A stretch of DNA of 64,000 bases from Malacoraja senta. Its lineage: Eukaryota. Under the pieces are notes generated by a model, which worked only from the letters and a program-made list of their open reading frames with translations, ran no database searches and was not told where the DNA came from. A program made the translations under genes and the position numbers. The DNA is taken from the NCBI GenBank assembly GCA_038087875.1, contig CM075989.1, forward strand, positions 16,866,001 to 16,930,000, written 5' to 3'. Positions 63,852 to 64,000 of the stretch are shown here, piece after piece (the first letter of the stretch is position 1; every line of letters begins with the position of its first letter).

Positions 63852-64000
63852 CGCAATGTCACGCAGTGTATTTTTTACTGTAGTAGACCTGTGGTCTGGA
63901 CCTCGTCCCTGAGTCTTAGCTTCTTCTGGTCTTTTTGACCAATTTAAGCCCTCATCTTTGAAACTTCCCCTCTTAATACTTATTGCTTTGTGTGCTCAAG

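Overview
Eukaryotic, repeat-dominated vertebrate DNA. The repeat set (HE1-type tRNA SINEs, CR1, Rex1/Babar, Penelope, DIRS) points to a cartilaginous fish, probably a skate or ray; this is an inference. Most listed ORFs are spurious or transposon-derived. Three host-gene pieces are supported: (1) a two-exon BCL2A1/BFL-1-like pseudogene (+, about 27.26-29.05 kb); (2) an open terminal exon encoding a globular C1q domain (-, 35.24-35.63 kb); (3) an orphan MTHFS last exon with altered conserved glycines (+, 46.46-46.68 kb). BCL2A1 followed by MTHFS on the same strand matches the mammalian gene order. The BCL2A1-like locus lies in the spacer of a 2.1-kb inverted duplication whose junctions look like replication template switching. 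Mobile elements include a structurally complete but decayed DIRS1 element (ITRs, ICR, ATT junction), a minisatellite-bearing non-autonomous Helitron, a solo LTR, a four-level LINE nest, a Penelope element with a hammerhead-like motif, and two copies of a ~1-kb TIR element with a 7-bp target duplication whose empty site is also in the window. There is a 200-N gap at 63144-63343. I found no prokaryote-type system such as CRISPR.
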